Source of the DNA: Clostridiales bacterium UBA7011
GTDB taxonomy: Bacteria > Bacillota > Clostridia > Oscillospirales > Butyricicoccaceae
Assembly (NCBI GenBank): GCA_002449635.1
Contig: DJXF01000014.1
Coordinates: 13,374 to 77,373 of the forward strand
Length of the DNA stretch: 64,000 bases
Direction of reading: 5' to 3'
A program made the position numbers and the translations under genes. Below the pieces are notes generated by a model, which searched no databases, was not told the origin of the DNA, and saw nothing but the letters and a program-made list of their open reading frames with translations. This document shows, in pieces, positions 47,630 through 58,088 of this stretch (positions within the stretch are counted from its first letter, which is position 1; each line of letters opens with the position of its first letter).

Positions 47630-48454
47630 ATGAAGACGCGTGTTACGTTTGGTGTAGTCGGTGCGATTTTTGTCGCACTGGCGCTGTTTGTCTTTCCGCC
47701 AATCGTCGCACAGCTGTGCATGATGGTGCTGTCTGTTTTGGCGGCACAGGAATTTACCGCTGCGGTCGCGGGACAGAAAAACCGCGGTCTGCAGGCTGCA
47801 GCGATGCTGCTCGCACTCGGCATGTCATGGGCAAGTGCGCGCGACAGCTACGGCATCTATTTTGTCCGCGGCATGGTTCTGATCGGCGTGGTTGTGCTGT
47901 TCGGTATTTTGCTTCGCTGCCATAAAAAAATCGGATTTTCTGAAATTGCAGGTGCATTTTTCGGCGGTATTGTCATTCCGTATCTGCTCATGAGCATCAT
48001 CCGCATGTTCACGATGAGCGGAGGAAACGGCGGCCTGTATGTTCTGATTCCGCTGCTTGCGGCGTGGGGATCGGATACGTTTGCCCTGTTCGCCGGCATG
48101 GCGTTTGGCCGGCACAAGCTCGCGCCGGTCATTTCACCGAAAAAGACGGTGGAAGGCTCGATTGGCGGCGTTGCAGGAGCAGTGGTGCTCCTGGTTGTGT
48201 ATGGAATTGCGGTCAATGCCGCGGCGCATGCGGGACTGTCCGTTCTGCTGTGCATCGCAGTGGGCGTGTTCGGCGCGGTATTGGGTCAGATCGGCGATCT
48301 GTCGTTTTCCATTGTCAAGCGCAAGAGCGGCATCAAGGACTACGGAAAGCTTTTCCCGGGACACGGCGGTGTGCTCGACCGTTTTGACAGCGTAATTTTT
48401 GTTGCGCCCGCGGTGGAGCTGCTCCTGCATTTGTTTACGACTTTGGGGATATAA
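47630..48454 (+). CDS. cdsA: Phosphatidate cytidylyltransferase
   Basis: SDTFA, SPKKTVEG, GDL..S..KR..GIKDYG..PGHGGVLDRFDS. Confidence 0.96.
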   Translation: MKTRVTFGVVGAIFVALALFVFPPIVAQLCMMVLSVLAAQEFTAAVAGQKNRGLQAAAMLLALGMSWASARDSYGIYFVRGMVLIGVVVLFGILLRCHKKIGFSEIAGAFFGGIVIPYLLMSIIRMFTMSGGNGGLYVLIPLLAAWGSDTFALFAGMAFGRHKLAPVISPKKTVEGSIGGVAGAVVLLVVYGIAVNAAAHAGLSVLLCIAVGVFGAVLGQIGDLSFSIVKRKSGIKDYGKLFPGHGGVLDRFDSVIFVAPAVELLLHLFTTLGI

Positions 48455-48456
48455 TT

Positions 48457-49599
48457 ATGAAGAATCTGGTTATTCTGGGATCGACAGGCTCGATCGGCAC
48501 GCAGACGGTTGATATTCTCGACTCGATTGATGCCCGTGTCTGTGCGATCACAGTAAACACGAATATCGTGCGCGCAGAGGAACAGGCGCGCGCACTGCAC
48601 CCGTTACTGGTTGCGGTGTACGATGAGGCAAGCGCCGATGAGCTGCGGCTGCGTCTGGCCGATACGGATATCCGCGTGTCGTCCGGCATGGATGGGCTGA
48701 TTGAGGCGGCTACGCTGCCGGAGGCAGATATTGTTGTCACGGCAGTGGTCGGCATGGTCGGTCTGCTGCCGACACTCGCTGCCATCGATGCGGGCAAGGA
48801 TATTGCGCTCGCCAACAAAGAGACGCTGGTGTGTGCCGGACAGATTGTCATGCAGCGCGCGCGCGAAAAGGGCGCTGCGATTCTGCCGGTGGATTCCGAG
48901 CACTCTGCGATTTTTCAGTGTCTGCAGGGCGCGGCGGGAAATCCGATCAGCCGGATTCTGCTCACGGCATCCGGCGGCCCGTTTTTCGGCATGAGCGCAC
49001 AGCAGATGCGGCATGTCACCAAGGAACAGGCGCTGCATCATCCCAACTGGAGCATGGGCGCAAAGATTACCATTGACTCCGCCAGCATGATGAACAAGGG
49101 CCTTGAACTGATTGAGGCGATGTGGCTGTATGATGTCGAGCCGGACGATATCGACATTGTCGTACACCGCGAGAGCATTGTTCATTCAGCGGTGGAATTT
49201 TCCGACGGCTCGGTCATTGCCCAGATGGGCAATCCCGATATGCGCCTGCCGATTCAGTATGCATTGACCTATCCGGCGCGTGTACCGTGCAAGGTGCCGC
49301 CGCTCGATCTGCCGCGCCGGCATAATCTGACCTTTTTTGCGCCGGATGAAGAGGCGTTTCCGGCACTCGGACTTGCGCGCCGCGCAGCGGCTGCAAGGGG
49401 CAACCTCGGCGCAGTGATGAACGGTGCCAATGAAGCGGCGGTGGCCCTGTTCCTCAGCGACCGCATTCCGTTTTACCGCATTGCGGAGCTGGTGCGCGAG
49501 GCGATGGATACCGTTGCGTATCTGCCGGAAATCACAGTAGATGATGTGCTCGAAAGCGACCGAGCGGCGCGCGAGGTCGTTCATTCCCTCGTGAAGTAA
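48457..49599 (+). CDS. dxr: 1-deoxy-D-xylulose-5-phosphate reductoisomerase
   Basis: LGSTGSIG, LANKE, PVDSEHSA, WSMGAKITIDSA, NKGLE. Confidence 0.98.
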   Translation: MKNLVILGSTGSIGTQTVDILDSIDARVCAITVNTNIVRAEEQARALHPLLVAVYDEASADELRLRLADTDIRVSSGMDGLIEAATLPEADIVVTAVVGMVGLLPTLAAIDAGKDIALANKETLVCAGQIVMQRAREKGAAILPVDSEHSAIFQCLQGAAGNPISRILLTASGGPFFGMSAQQMRHVTKEQALHHPNWSMGAKITIDSASMMNKGLELIEAMWLYDVEPDDIDIVVHRESIVHSAVEFSDGSVIAQMGNPDMRLPIQYALTYPARVPCKVPPLDLPRRHNLTFFAPDEEAFPALGLARRAAAARGNLGAVMNGANEAAVALFLSDRIPFYRIAELVREAMDTVAYLPEITVDDVLESDRAAREVVHSLVK

Positions 49600-49610
49600 G
49601 AGGTGTTTTT

Positions 49611-50633
49611 TTGACGATAGCAACTGTCATTTTGGCCATTCTTGCGTTTGGCTTTCTCATCACCGTCCATGAGCTGGGGCATTTTTGCGCGGCAAAAGCC
49701 GCAGGCGTGCGCGTTCTGGAATTCTGGATCGGCATGGGTCCGGCGCTGCTGCACCGCAAATTCGGAGAGACAGAATTTAAGCTCTGCCTGCTGCCGTTTG
49801 GCGGTGCGTGCGTCATGGACGGAGAGGACGACGAAACGGCCGCGCCGGGCACGCTTGCGGGCGCACCCATCGGCTGGCGTGCGCTCATTTTGGCAGCCGG
49901 TGCACTGATGAACTTTCTTGTCGGATTTCTCATCGTTCTTGTCCTCGTTTTGCCGATGGACTCGATCTCCGTGCCGGTCATTGAATCGTTTGCCGACGGA
50001 TTCCCGTCGCGCGGGGAGAATATGCTGATGGAAGGGGATTGCCTGGTACGCATCGATGGCTACCGCATTCTGCTTGCCTCGGACGTTTCGACCGCGCTCA
50101 GCCGCGGAAAGGATGACCGATATGATATCGTCATTCAGCGTGACGGGCAGACGCGCACGCTGACGGATGTCCCGCTGGCACCGGCAAATTATGATGGCGT
50201 GACGCGGTACGGGCTGAATTTTGGTGTAAAGGAGATTAACTTTACAGGAAAGCTTCAGAACGCTTTTTACCGCTCAATTGATTACGCAAGGCTGGTTTGG
50301 ATCAGCCTGGGAGATCTGGTGACGGGAAAGGTCGGACTCAATCAGATGTCTGGCCCGGTCGGCGTGACAGACGTGCTTGTGCAGACAGCGCAGACCAGCA
50401 TGGAGAGTTTTTTCCTGCTCATCGCTTTTATTTCGATCAATCTCGGCGTGATGAACCTGCTGCCGCTGCCCGCGCTTGACGGCGGACGGCTGCTGTTTGT
50501 GCTCATTGAGCTGATCGCGCGGCGTCCGGTTCCGCGCAAATATGAAGGATATATTCATTTCGGCGGATTTGCCGTACTGATGCTGTTTATGCTGTATATC
50601 ACCTGTCAGGATATCCTGCGGCTGGTCGGCTGA
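49611..50633 (+). CDS. rseP: RseP/RasP-type M50 intramembrane metalloprotease
   Basis: HELGH, PDZ-like middle, NLLPLPALDGG; TTG start after GAGGTG. Confidence 0.92.
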   Translation: MTIATVILAILAFGFLITVHELGHFCAAKAAGVRVLEFWIGMGPALLHRKFGETEFKLCLLPFGGACVMDGEDDETAAPGTLAGAPIGWRALILAAGALMNFLVGFLIVLVLVLPMDSISVPVIESFADGFPSRGENMLMEGDCLVRIDGYRILLASDVSTALSRGKDDRYDIVIQRDGQTRTLTDVPLAPANYDGVTRYGLNFGVKEINFTGKLQNAFYRSIDYARLVWISLGDLVTGKVGLNQMSGPVGVTDVLVQTAQTSMESFFLLIAFISINLGVMNLLPLPALDGGRLLFVLIELIARRPVPRKYEGYIHFGGFAVLMLFMLYITCQDILRLVG

Positions 50634-50667
50634 TGCGTAGCAGCAGCGGCAACAACAAGGAGACAGC

Positions 50668-51732
50668 ATGATGAAGACGAAACAGATTATGGTAGGTACG
50701 GTTCCGGTTGGCGGCGGTGCACCCATCGCCGTACAGTCGATGACCAACACGGATACACGCGATGCGGCGGCAACGCTGGAACAGATTTCCCGTCTGGCGG
50801 CGGCAGGCTGTCACATTGTCCGCTGCACCGTGCCTGATCAGGAGGCGGCGGAGGCGATGAAAACCATCTGCGCCGAGTCGCCCATTCCGGTGGTCGCGGA
50901 TATTCATTTTGATTACCGGCTTGCGCTGGCATCCGCACAGGCGGGCGTCGGTGCAATCCGCATCAATCCGGGCAATATCGGCGCGGCAGAGCGCGTGCGC
51001 GCAGTCGCAGATGCCTGCCGGGAGCGCGGTATTCCGATCCGCATCGGCGTCAATTCCGGCTCGATTGAAAAGGATATTTTGAAAAAATACGGTTCGCCCA
51101 CACCGGAGGCGATGGTGGAGAGCGCGCTGTATCACGTCTCACTGCTCAACCGGTACAATTTTGATGACATTTGCATTTCGCTCAAGTCGTCGAGCGTGCC
51201 GGTCACGATGCAGGCGTATCAGCTGATGCACGAAAAAAGCCGGTATCCGCTGCATCTCGGCGTGACCGAGGCGGGCACGGAATACATGGGTACGATCAAA
51301 TCGGCGGCAGGCATCGGCGGCCTGCTCGCACTCGGCATCGGCGACACCATTCGCGTATCCCTGACGGCCGATCCGGTACATGAGATTACCGCTGCGTATG
51401 CCATTTTGAAGGCAGTCGGACGCAGCGACAAGGGTGTCAACATTGTTTCGTGCCCCACCTGCGGACGGACGAAAATCAACCTGATTGAAATTGCCAATGA
51501 GGTGGAGCACCGCGTGGCACATCTGGATGCCAAGCTGAAAATTGCTGTTATGGGCTGTGCGGTCAACGGGCCGGGCGAGGCGCGTGAGGCTGATATCGGC
51601 ATTGCGGGCGGAGACGGCGAGGGCCTGATTTTCCGCCGCGGCGAAATTCTGCGCAAGGTGCCGCAGGAGCAGCTGGTAGACGAACTGATGAAAGAAATTG
51701 ACGCGATGATAAAGGAGAGCAGGAACCCTTGA
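50668..51732 (+). CDS. ispG: HMBPP synthase
   Basis: QSMTNT, VADIHF, RINPGNIG, HLGVTEAG, CPTCGR, MGCAVNGPGE. Confidence 0.98.
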   Translation: MMKTKQIMVGTVPVGGGAPIAVQSMTNTDTRDAAATLEQISRLAAAGCHIVRCTVPDQEAAEAMKTICAESPIPVVADIHFDYRLALASAQAGVGAIRINPGNIGAAERVRAVADACRERGIPIRIGVNSGSIEKDILKKYGSPTPEAMVESALYHVSLLNRYNFDDICISLKSSSVPVTMQAYQLMHEKSRYPLHLGVTEAGTEYMGTIKSAAGIGGLLALGIGDTIRVSLTADPVHEITAAYAILKAVGRSDKGVNIVSCPTCGRTKINLIEIANEVEHRVAHLDAKLKIAVMGCAVNGPGEAREADIGIAGGDGEGLIFRRGEILRKVPQEQLVDELMKEIDAMIKESRNP

Positions 51733-54700
51733 CAACGCTGGGAAAGCTGTTTGAACGATACAACGACCAGCAGTTCGGAGCATACCTTTCCGGCGGGGAG
51801 GTATGCTCTGTTGCGGTCAGTCATGATAAGAGAGCCATCATTTGCAAGGTGCATTTTGGGGAGATTGTTCCGCGCAGAGCGCTGTTTGATATGGAAAAAG
51901 GCATCCGGGAGGTCTATGGACTGTCGCGTGTGCGCATTTCGCCGCGCTATGATCTCGACTGCCTGACAGAGCCATATCTGCAAAGTCTGCGCGATTATCT
52001 TGTGCTGCGCAAACCATCCGCGCAGGGCTATCTTGCGGACAGCCAGTGGCAGGTAACGGAGGAGGGCAGCCTGTCTGTCTCTATGCTGATGACCGGCGCC
52101 GAATATCTGTCCACAGATCTGCGGCATCTGCCGGAGATGATTCGTGCGGAAACCGGCTTGACCTGTCCGCTGTCAATGGCGCATCCCGATGCGGATGCAG
52201 AGCGCAGCGCGGAACGCGCAACGGAGGAGCGCCGCACAGAACGGCTCAAAAAAGCCGCGGCTGCGGCGCCATCCCCGTCGGCGGAGAAAAAGCCGAAAAA
52301 GGCTGCGGTTCGTCCGGCTGGCGAACGCAGACCGGCGCGCAAGAGCTTTTCCGCCAAAAAAGACGACAAAATCCTGTTCGGCCGGCTGTTCGATCAGCCG
52401 GTTGTGTCCATCCGCGAGGCGGCAGGTTCGGTGGACAGCGCGACCATTCGCGGCGAGGTATTTTTCGTCGAAAATCGTGAAATCAAGAGCAAAAATACAG
52501 GCAGAGAGTGGGTCAAGGTCGGGTTTGACATCACCGACTGGACAAGCTCAATGCGCGTCAGCAAGTTCCTGTCCAAGGAGAAGGCGGGGGATCTGGCTGA
52601 TCTTATTAAAACCGGCATGTATCTGACGGTTCAGGGGAAGATTTCCTATGATACCTACGAAAAAGAGACCATTCTTGAGCCGACCGGCATTATGATCAGC
52701 AAGAAAAAAGAGCGTGCGGACACGGCGGAGAAAAAACGTGTCGAGCTGCATCTGCACACCAACATGTCTGCGATGGACGGCATTTCCCCGATGAAAGACC
52801 TGATGCAGCGGGCGAAGTCGTGGGGACACACGGCAATTGCCGTGACTGACCACGGCGTGGCACAGGCGTTTCCGGATGCGATGCATGCCATCGAGCGAAA
52901 CGGCATCGATTTGAAGGTGCTGTATGGTGTGGAGGCGTACTATGTCGATGATTCCGGCAATGTCGCAGTGGTGCGCGGTCCGTATGATGCGCCGCTGACA
53001 GAAACCTTTGTCTGCTTTGATACGGAGACAACCGGTCTCAAGCCGGACAATGACGAGATCACGGAAATCGCCGCGGTGAAAGTGCGCGGCGGCGAGGTTG
53101 TAGACGAATTTCAGACCTACGTTAACCCGCACCGGCCGATTCCAGAGAATGTCACGCAGCTCACCGGCATTTCCGACGAGACGGTGGCGCACGCGCCGGA
53201 GCTGGGCGAAGCGCTGCCCGCGTTTTTGCAATTTGCAGACGGTCTGCCGCTGGTGGCGCACAATGCCGGATTCGATATGGCGTTTATCCGAAAGGGATGC
53301 GAACGGCTGGGGATGGAACGGGAGTTTACTGCCATTGACACGGTGGAGATGTGCAGGATTCTGTTCCCCGATCTGGCGCGGCACCGGCTGGACAGCATGG
53401 CAAAGGCGCTCAAGGTGGGACCGTTTGACCATCACCGTGCGAGCGAGGATGCCGCTGTGCTCGGCCGTATTTTTATCAAGCTGCTGGACAAGCTGCGGGA
53501 CGACCTGCATGCGGAGAAAATTTCCGACATCAATCCCCTTCTGGCAAATGTCAAGGCCAAGACAGGCACGCTGAAAAACCTGCGCCGCTATCACTTTATT
53601 ATTCTGGCGAAAAACCAGACGGGACTGAAAAATCTCTACAAGCTGATTTCGTACTCCCATTTGAAATACTACAACAAAAAGCCGATTATGCCGCGCAGCG
53701 AACTGATTCGCCACCGCGAGGGGCTGATATTCGGCTCGGCGTGTGAGGCAGGAGAGCTGTTTTCCGCACTGGTGCACGGTGCATCGCGCGAGGAACTGCT
53801 TCATATTGCAGATTTTTATGATTATCTGGAAATTCAGCCGATTGGCAACAACAAATTCCTGATTGCCAACGGCACGGCGCGCGATGAAGAGCAGCTGCGC
53901 GACTACAACCGCACGATTCTTTCTCTCGCGGATGAGCTGGGCAAGCCCTGCGTTGCCACCGGCGATGTGCATTTTCTCGAGCCGGAGGATGAGGCGTTTC
54001 GCCGCATTCTGATGGCCGGCATGGGCTTCAAGGACGCGGACAATCAGGCGCCGCTGTACCTCAAGACAACCGACGAAATGCTGGAGGAGTTTTCTTATCT
54101 GGGTGAAGACCGTGCGATGGAGGTCGTTGTCACGAACACCAATCTGATTGCCGATTGGTGCGATACGCTGCGCCCCGTTCCGCGGGAAAATTATCCGCCC
54201 AAAATGGAGAATTCTGCGGAAGAGCTGGAGAGCATGTGCTATGAAAAAGCGAAGCGCATGTACGGCGACCCGCTGCCCGAAAAAGTACAGGCGCGGCTGG
54301 AACGCGAGCTGGGCTCGATCATCGGCAACGGCTATGATGTCATGTATATGATCGCACAAAAGCTGGTGGCAAAATCGCTGGAGGACGGTTATCTGGTCGG
54401 CTCGCGCGGCTCGGTCGGCTCCTCGCTCGCGGCGTTTATGTCGGATATCACCGAGGTAAACTCGCTGGCACCGCACTACCTGTGTCCGTCGTGCCACTAC
54501 ATCGAATGGCATGAAAACGAGGGCTTTGGCTGCGGCGTGGACCTGCCGGAAAAGGTTTGCCCGAACTGCGGCACTCCGCTGCGCCGCGAGGGCTTTTCCA
54601 TTCCGTTTGAGACGTTCCTTGGATTTAACGGCGACAAGGTGCCGGATATCGACCTCAATTTCTCCGGCGAATATCAGCCGAAAATTCACTGGTACACCGG

Positions 54701-56078
54701 CGAGCTGTTCGGACATGACCATGTTTTCCGCGCCGGAACCATCGGCACGGTGGCGGAAAAGACCGCCTATGGCTATGTGAAAAAATATATGGAGGAGCGC
54801 GGCATGCAGGTCGGGCGGGCGGAGGAAAACCGCCTGGCAGCCGGCTGCACGGGAATCAAGCGCACAACCGGACAGCATCCGGGCGGCATTGTTGTTGTTC
54901 CCAAGGAGGTCGATATTTACGACTTCTGCCCGGTACAGCATCCCGCGGATGATCCCACCTCCGACATCATCACCACACATTTCGAGTATCATTCCATCGA
55001 CGAAAATCTGCTCAAGCTGGATGAGCTGGGACACGATGACCCGACCATCATCAAGCATCTGGAGGAATTGACCGGCGTGAATGCGCGTGAAATCCCGCTC
55101 AATGATCCGGATGTAATGAGCCTGTTCACCTCCAACCGTGCGCTGCACTATGTCTCGGACGAACCGGACCCCATTCTCGGAGATCTCGGCTGTCTTGCCG
55201 TGCCGGAATTCGGCACGAAATTTGTGCGCGGCATGGTGCGCGATACCAAGCCGACATCCTTTGACGAGCTGCTGTGCATTTCCGGCCTGTCGCACGGTAC
55301 GGACGTGTGGCTCGGCAATGCGCAGACTCTGGTCGAGAACGGCATTCCGCTGAAGGAATGTATCTGCTGCCGAGATGATATCATGAACTATCTGCTGGGC
55401 AAGGGCGTAGAACCGAAGCTGAGCTTCCAGACCATGGAATCCGTGCGAAAGGGCAAAGGACTCAAGCCGGAGATGGAGGAGGCGATGAAGGCGCAGGACG
55501 TGCCCGACTGGTACATTGACTCGTGCAAAAAGATCAAATACATGTTCCCGAAGGCACACGCCGTCGCCTATGTCATGATGGCGTTCCGCATCGCGTGGTT
55601 TAAGGTGCACAAGCCGCTCGCGTTTTATTCGGCGTACTTTTCCATTCGCGCAAAGGGCTTTGACGCGTCGTGCATGATTCGCGGCGATGCCGTCTGCGTG
55701 GAGAAAATACACGAGCTGCAGCAAAAGGTGCGTGACAAAACCATAACCGCGGCAGAAAACGATATGATGACCACGCTGGAGGTCGTGCATGAATTTTACC
55801 GGCGCGGCTTCACGTTTGCGCCGATGGATGTATACGAATCGGATGCGACGACCTTCCTCGTGACGGAAGGCGGACTGATTCCGCCGTTCACCTCCATGCC
55901 CGGCATCGGCGAGCAGGCGGCACTTTCCCTCGTAGAGGAGCGCAAAAACGGCGCGTTTCTTTCTCAGGAGGAAATTGTCATCCGCTGCCCGAAGGTGTCA
56001 AAGGGCGTGGTTGAGCTGCTCGGACAGATCGGCGCATTGGCAGATATGCCGGAAAGCACACAGGTATCGCTGTTCTGA
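51729..56078 (+). CDS. polC: DNA polymerase III PolC
   Basis: ELHLHT PHP, FDTETTG exonuclease, GSRGSVGSS, KVPDIDLNFSG, YMFPKAHA; normal length, no intein evident. Confidence 0.98.
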   Translation: MTTLGKLFERYNDQQFGAYLSGGEVCSVAVSHDKRAIICKVHFGEIVPRRALFDMEKGIREVYGLSRVRISPRYDLDCLTEPYLQSLRDYLVLRKPSAQGYLADSQWQVTEEGSLSVSMLMTGAEYLSTDLRHLPEMIRAETGLTCPLSMAHPDADAERSAERATEERRTERLKKAAAAAPSPSAEKKPKKAAVRPAGERRPARKSFSAKKDDKILFGRLFDQPVVSIREAAGSVDSATIRGEVFFVENREIKSKNTGREWVKVGFDITDWTSSMRVSKFLSKEKAGDLADLIKTGMYLTVQGKISYDTYEKETILEPTGIMISKKKERADTAEKKRVELHLHTNMSAMDGISPMKDLMQRAKSWGHTAIAVTDHGVAQAFPDAMHAIERNGIDLKVLYGVEAYYVDDSGNVAVVRGPYDAPLTETFVCFDTETTGLKPDNDEITEIAAVKVRGGEVVDEFQTYVNPHRPIPENVTQLTGISDETVAHAPELGEALPAFLQFADGLPLVAHNAGFDMAFIRKGCERLGMEREFTAIDTVEMCRILFPDLARHRLDSMAKALKVGPFDHHRASEDAAVLGRIFIKLLDKLRDDLHAEKISDINPLLANVKAKTGTLKNLRRYHFIILAKNQTGLKNLYKLISYSHLKYYNKKPIMPRSELIRHREGLIFGSACEAGELFSALVHGASREELLHIADFYDYLEIQPIGNNKFLIANGTARDEEQLRDYNRTILSLADELGKPCVATGDVHFLEPEDEAFRRILMAGMGFKDADNQAPLYLKTTDEMLEEFSYLGEDRAMEVVVTNTNLIADWCDTLRPVPRENYPPKMENSAEELESMCYEKAKRMYGDPLPEKVQARLERELGSIIGNGYDVMYMIAQKLVAKSLEDGYLVGSRGSVGSSLAAFMSDITEVNSLAPHYLCPSCHYIEWHENEGFGCGVDLPEKVCPNCGTPLRREGFSIPFETFLGFNGDKVPDIDLNFSGEYQPKIHWYTGELFGHDHVFRAGTIGTVAEKTAYGYVKKYMEERGMQVGRAEENRLAAGCTGIKRTTGQHPGGIVVVPKEVDIYDFCPVQHPADDPTSDIITTHFEYHSIDENLLKLDELGHDDPTIIKHLEELTGVNAREIPLNDPDVMSLFTSNRALHYVSDEPDPILGDLGCLAVPEFGTKFVRGMVRDTKPTSFDELLCISGLSHGTDVWLGNAQTLVENGIPLKECICCRDDIMNYLLGKGVEPKLSFQTMESVRKGKGLKPEMEEAMKAQDVPDWYIDSCKKIKYMFPKAHAVAYVMMAFRIAWFKVHKPLAFYSAYFSIRAKGFDASCMIRGDAVCVEKIHELQQKVRDKTITAAENDMMTTLEVVHEFYRRGFTFAPMDVYESDATTFLVTEGGLIPPFTSMPGIGEQAALSLVEERKNGAFLSQEEIVIRCPKVSKGVVELLGQIGALADMPESTQVSLF

Positions 56079-56176
56079 TGTGTGCGGTTTGACCGGTCAC
56101 AACACGGGGCAAATGCGATGTCTTAAACTTTTTTTCTGTATTTTTCGCTCAAATGATCGAAAAACATGCAAATTGC

Positions 56177-56219
56177 TTGACAGGAAAACACCGAAATGCT
56201 ATTATATTAACGCGCTAAA
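56177..56219 (+). promoter_or_regulatory. his operon promoter with adjacent candidate HisR operator
   Basis: TTGACA-17-TATTAT followed by TTA-ACGCGC-TAA dyad over the start site. Confidence 0.65.
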
Positions 56220-56259
56220 TCGATAAAACAACCAAGAGAGATCAGAGGTATCGAAAACG

Positions 56260-57444
56260 ATGAATCAATATGCAATCTCCACGCCGGAGGGGAGCCGTGA
56301 CCGCCTGTTTGCGGCGACCCGTCTGTTCCGGCAGAATGAGAGACGGATTCGCAGCCTGCTGGAGGCGCGCGGATATGACGAGGTCATCACGCCGTCGCTG
56401 GAATATTATGACGTATTTGTGCAGGCAGGCTCGTCCATCGGGCAGGAGAAGATGTACAAGCTGACCGACCGCAACGGCCGCCTGCTGGTGCTGCGTCCGG
56501 ATAACACGACGCCGATTGCGCGCGTCGTGACAACAAAGCTGAACAGCGATGCACTGCCGCTGCGGCTGTATTATGTGCAAAAGGTGCACCGCGCCAGCTC
56601 GTTCCACCGAGGACATTCCACGGAAGTGATGCAGGCAGGCGCGGAGCTGCTCGGCGCGCGCGGTATGATGGCGGATCTCGATATTCTGACCGCTGCATTT
56701 GAGGCGCTCGCCGCCGTCAAGGGCGAGACGTTCCGCATTGAGCTGAGCCATGCGGCGATTTACAAGGCGCTGATTGCATCGCTGAATGTTGACGCGGAGA
56801 CGGAGGAGAGCATCCGCTCCCATATCGAAAACAAATCGTATGCGGCGCTGGGCGATGTACTCGAGCCGTTCCGTGACCGCGAGGCCTACCGTGCGCTCAA
56901 GGCGATGCCGACCCTGTTCGGCGGCGGCGAAGTGCTCGAGGAGGTTGCGCGGCTGACGGACAACACTGAGGTGCTGCGCGCGGTCGCATACCTCAAGGAT
57001 GTCATAGAAGCGATTTCGGAGGCCGGGTTTGGCGAAAATGTCATGATTGACCTCGGTCTTGTGCAGGAAATCGACTATTACACGGGCATGATGTTCCGCG
57101 GATATATGGGCGGTGCGGGCGCGCCCGTGCTCGGCGGCGGGCGGTATGACAGCCTGTGCGCCAAGTTCGGCAAGGATATCCCCGCGACCGGCTTTGCAAT
57201 CGACATCGACGAGCTGTCCGATTCGGTCGAACTCAAGCCGGAGAAGACGACGGAGGAACTGGTGTTTGCAGATGCAGGCAGCCTGAAAGCCGCGCTGGAA
57301 TATGTCCATGCGAGCGGAAAGCTGGCCGAGCTTGCGCCGTGTGACACGATGGAAGAGGCACTTGCAGTCGCAAGAAAAAAAGGCTGCCGTGCGCTGATCT
57401 CTTTTGCGAATGGTGAGCTGACGAAAACGGAGGTGCAGGCATGA
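56260..57444 (+). CDS. hisZ: ATP phosphoribosyltransferase regulatory subunit
   Basis: TPEGSRD, LRPDNTTPIAR, QAGAEL, YYTG, GGGRYD. Confidence 0.94.
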   Translation: MNQYAISTPEGSRDRLFAATRLFRQNERRIRSLLEARGYDEVITPSLEYYDVFVQAGSSIGQEKMYKLTDRNGRLLVLRPDNTTPIARVVTTKLNSDALPLRLYYVQKVHRASSFHRGHSTEVMQAGAELLGARGMMADLDILTAAFEALAAVKGETFRIELSHAAIYKALIASLNVDAETEESIRSHIENKSYAALGDVLEPFRDREAYRALKAMPTLFGGGEVLEEVARLTDNTEVLRAVAYLKDVIEAISEAGFGENVMIDLGLVQEIDYYTGMMFRGYMGGAGAPVLGGGRYDSLCAKFGKDIPATGFAIDIDELSDSVELKPEKTTEELVFADAGSLKAALEYVHASGKLAELAPCDTMEEALAVARKKGCRALISFANGELTKTEVQA

Positions 57445-58088
57445 CACCGGAAAATACGATTCGGATTGCTCTGACCAAGGGCAGACTGGAAAAAAAGACG
57501 CTGACACTGCTGGAACACTCCGGATACGACGTGAGTGAACTGCGTTCCGGCTCGCGCAAGCTGATTTTCCGCCTGCCGGATTCCCATATTGAGCTGGTTC
57601 TGGCCAAAGCGGCGGATGTCATCACCTATGTCGAGCAGGGCGTGTGCGACATGGGCGTGGTCGGCAAGGACACGATCATGGAAAAGGGCGGCGCGTTTTA
57701 TGAGACGCTCGACCTCGGCTTTGGCAAATGCCGCTTCTGCCTGTGCGGCAAAAAGGGCGAGGATTTTTACGCGGGCTATCACACGCGCACGATTGCCAGC
57801 AAGTATCCAGAGGTGACCCGTGCGTTTTTTTCCAAAAAGCACATGGATGTCAACATCATTAAAATTGAGGGCAGCGTAGAGCTTGCTCCGCTGCTCGGCC
57901 TGGCAGACGCGATTGTCGATATTGTGGAAACGGGCACGACCCTGAAAGAAAACGGACTCGAGCCGTTTGAAACCGTTGCACCGATCAGCGCACGCGTCAT
58001 TGTCAATCTGGCGAGCATGAAGATGAAAAAGCAGCAGATCCAGCAGCTCACACAGCAGCTGCAGGCCGGTCTGGAGGCAGAAGCATGA
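57441..58088 (+). CDS. hisG: ATP phosphoribosyltransferase, short form
   Basis: IALTKGRL, SKYP, GSVELAPLLGLADAIVDIVETGTTLKENGL. Confidence 0.97.
   Translation: MTPENTIRIALTKGRLEKKTLTLLEHSGYDVSELRSGSRKLIFRLPDSHIELVLAKAADVITYVEQGVCDMGVVGKDTIMEKGGAFYETLDLGFGKCRFCLCGKKGEDFYAGYHTRTIASKYPEVTRAFFSKKHMDVNIIKIEGSVELAPLLGLADAIVDIVETGTTLKENGLEPFETVAPISARVIVNLASMKMKKQQIQQLTQQLQAGLEAEA

Noticed and set aside
52548-55790. 1080-aa antisense ORF opposite polC (also 45145-47823, 61067-62485, 23290-24603, 7511-8758 and similar)
   Set aside because: Shadow frames of strongly codon-biased genes; no RBS or recognisable motifs, and they overlap clear housekeeping genes
51729-56078. Intein in polC
   Set aside because: Length and motif spacing are normal; no splice-junction or endonuclease motifs seen
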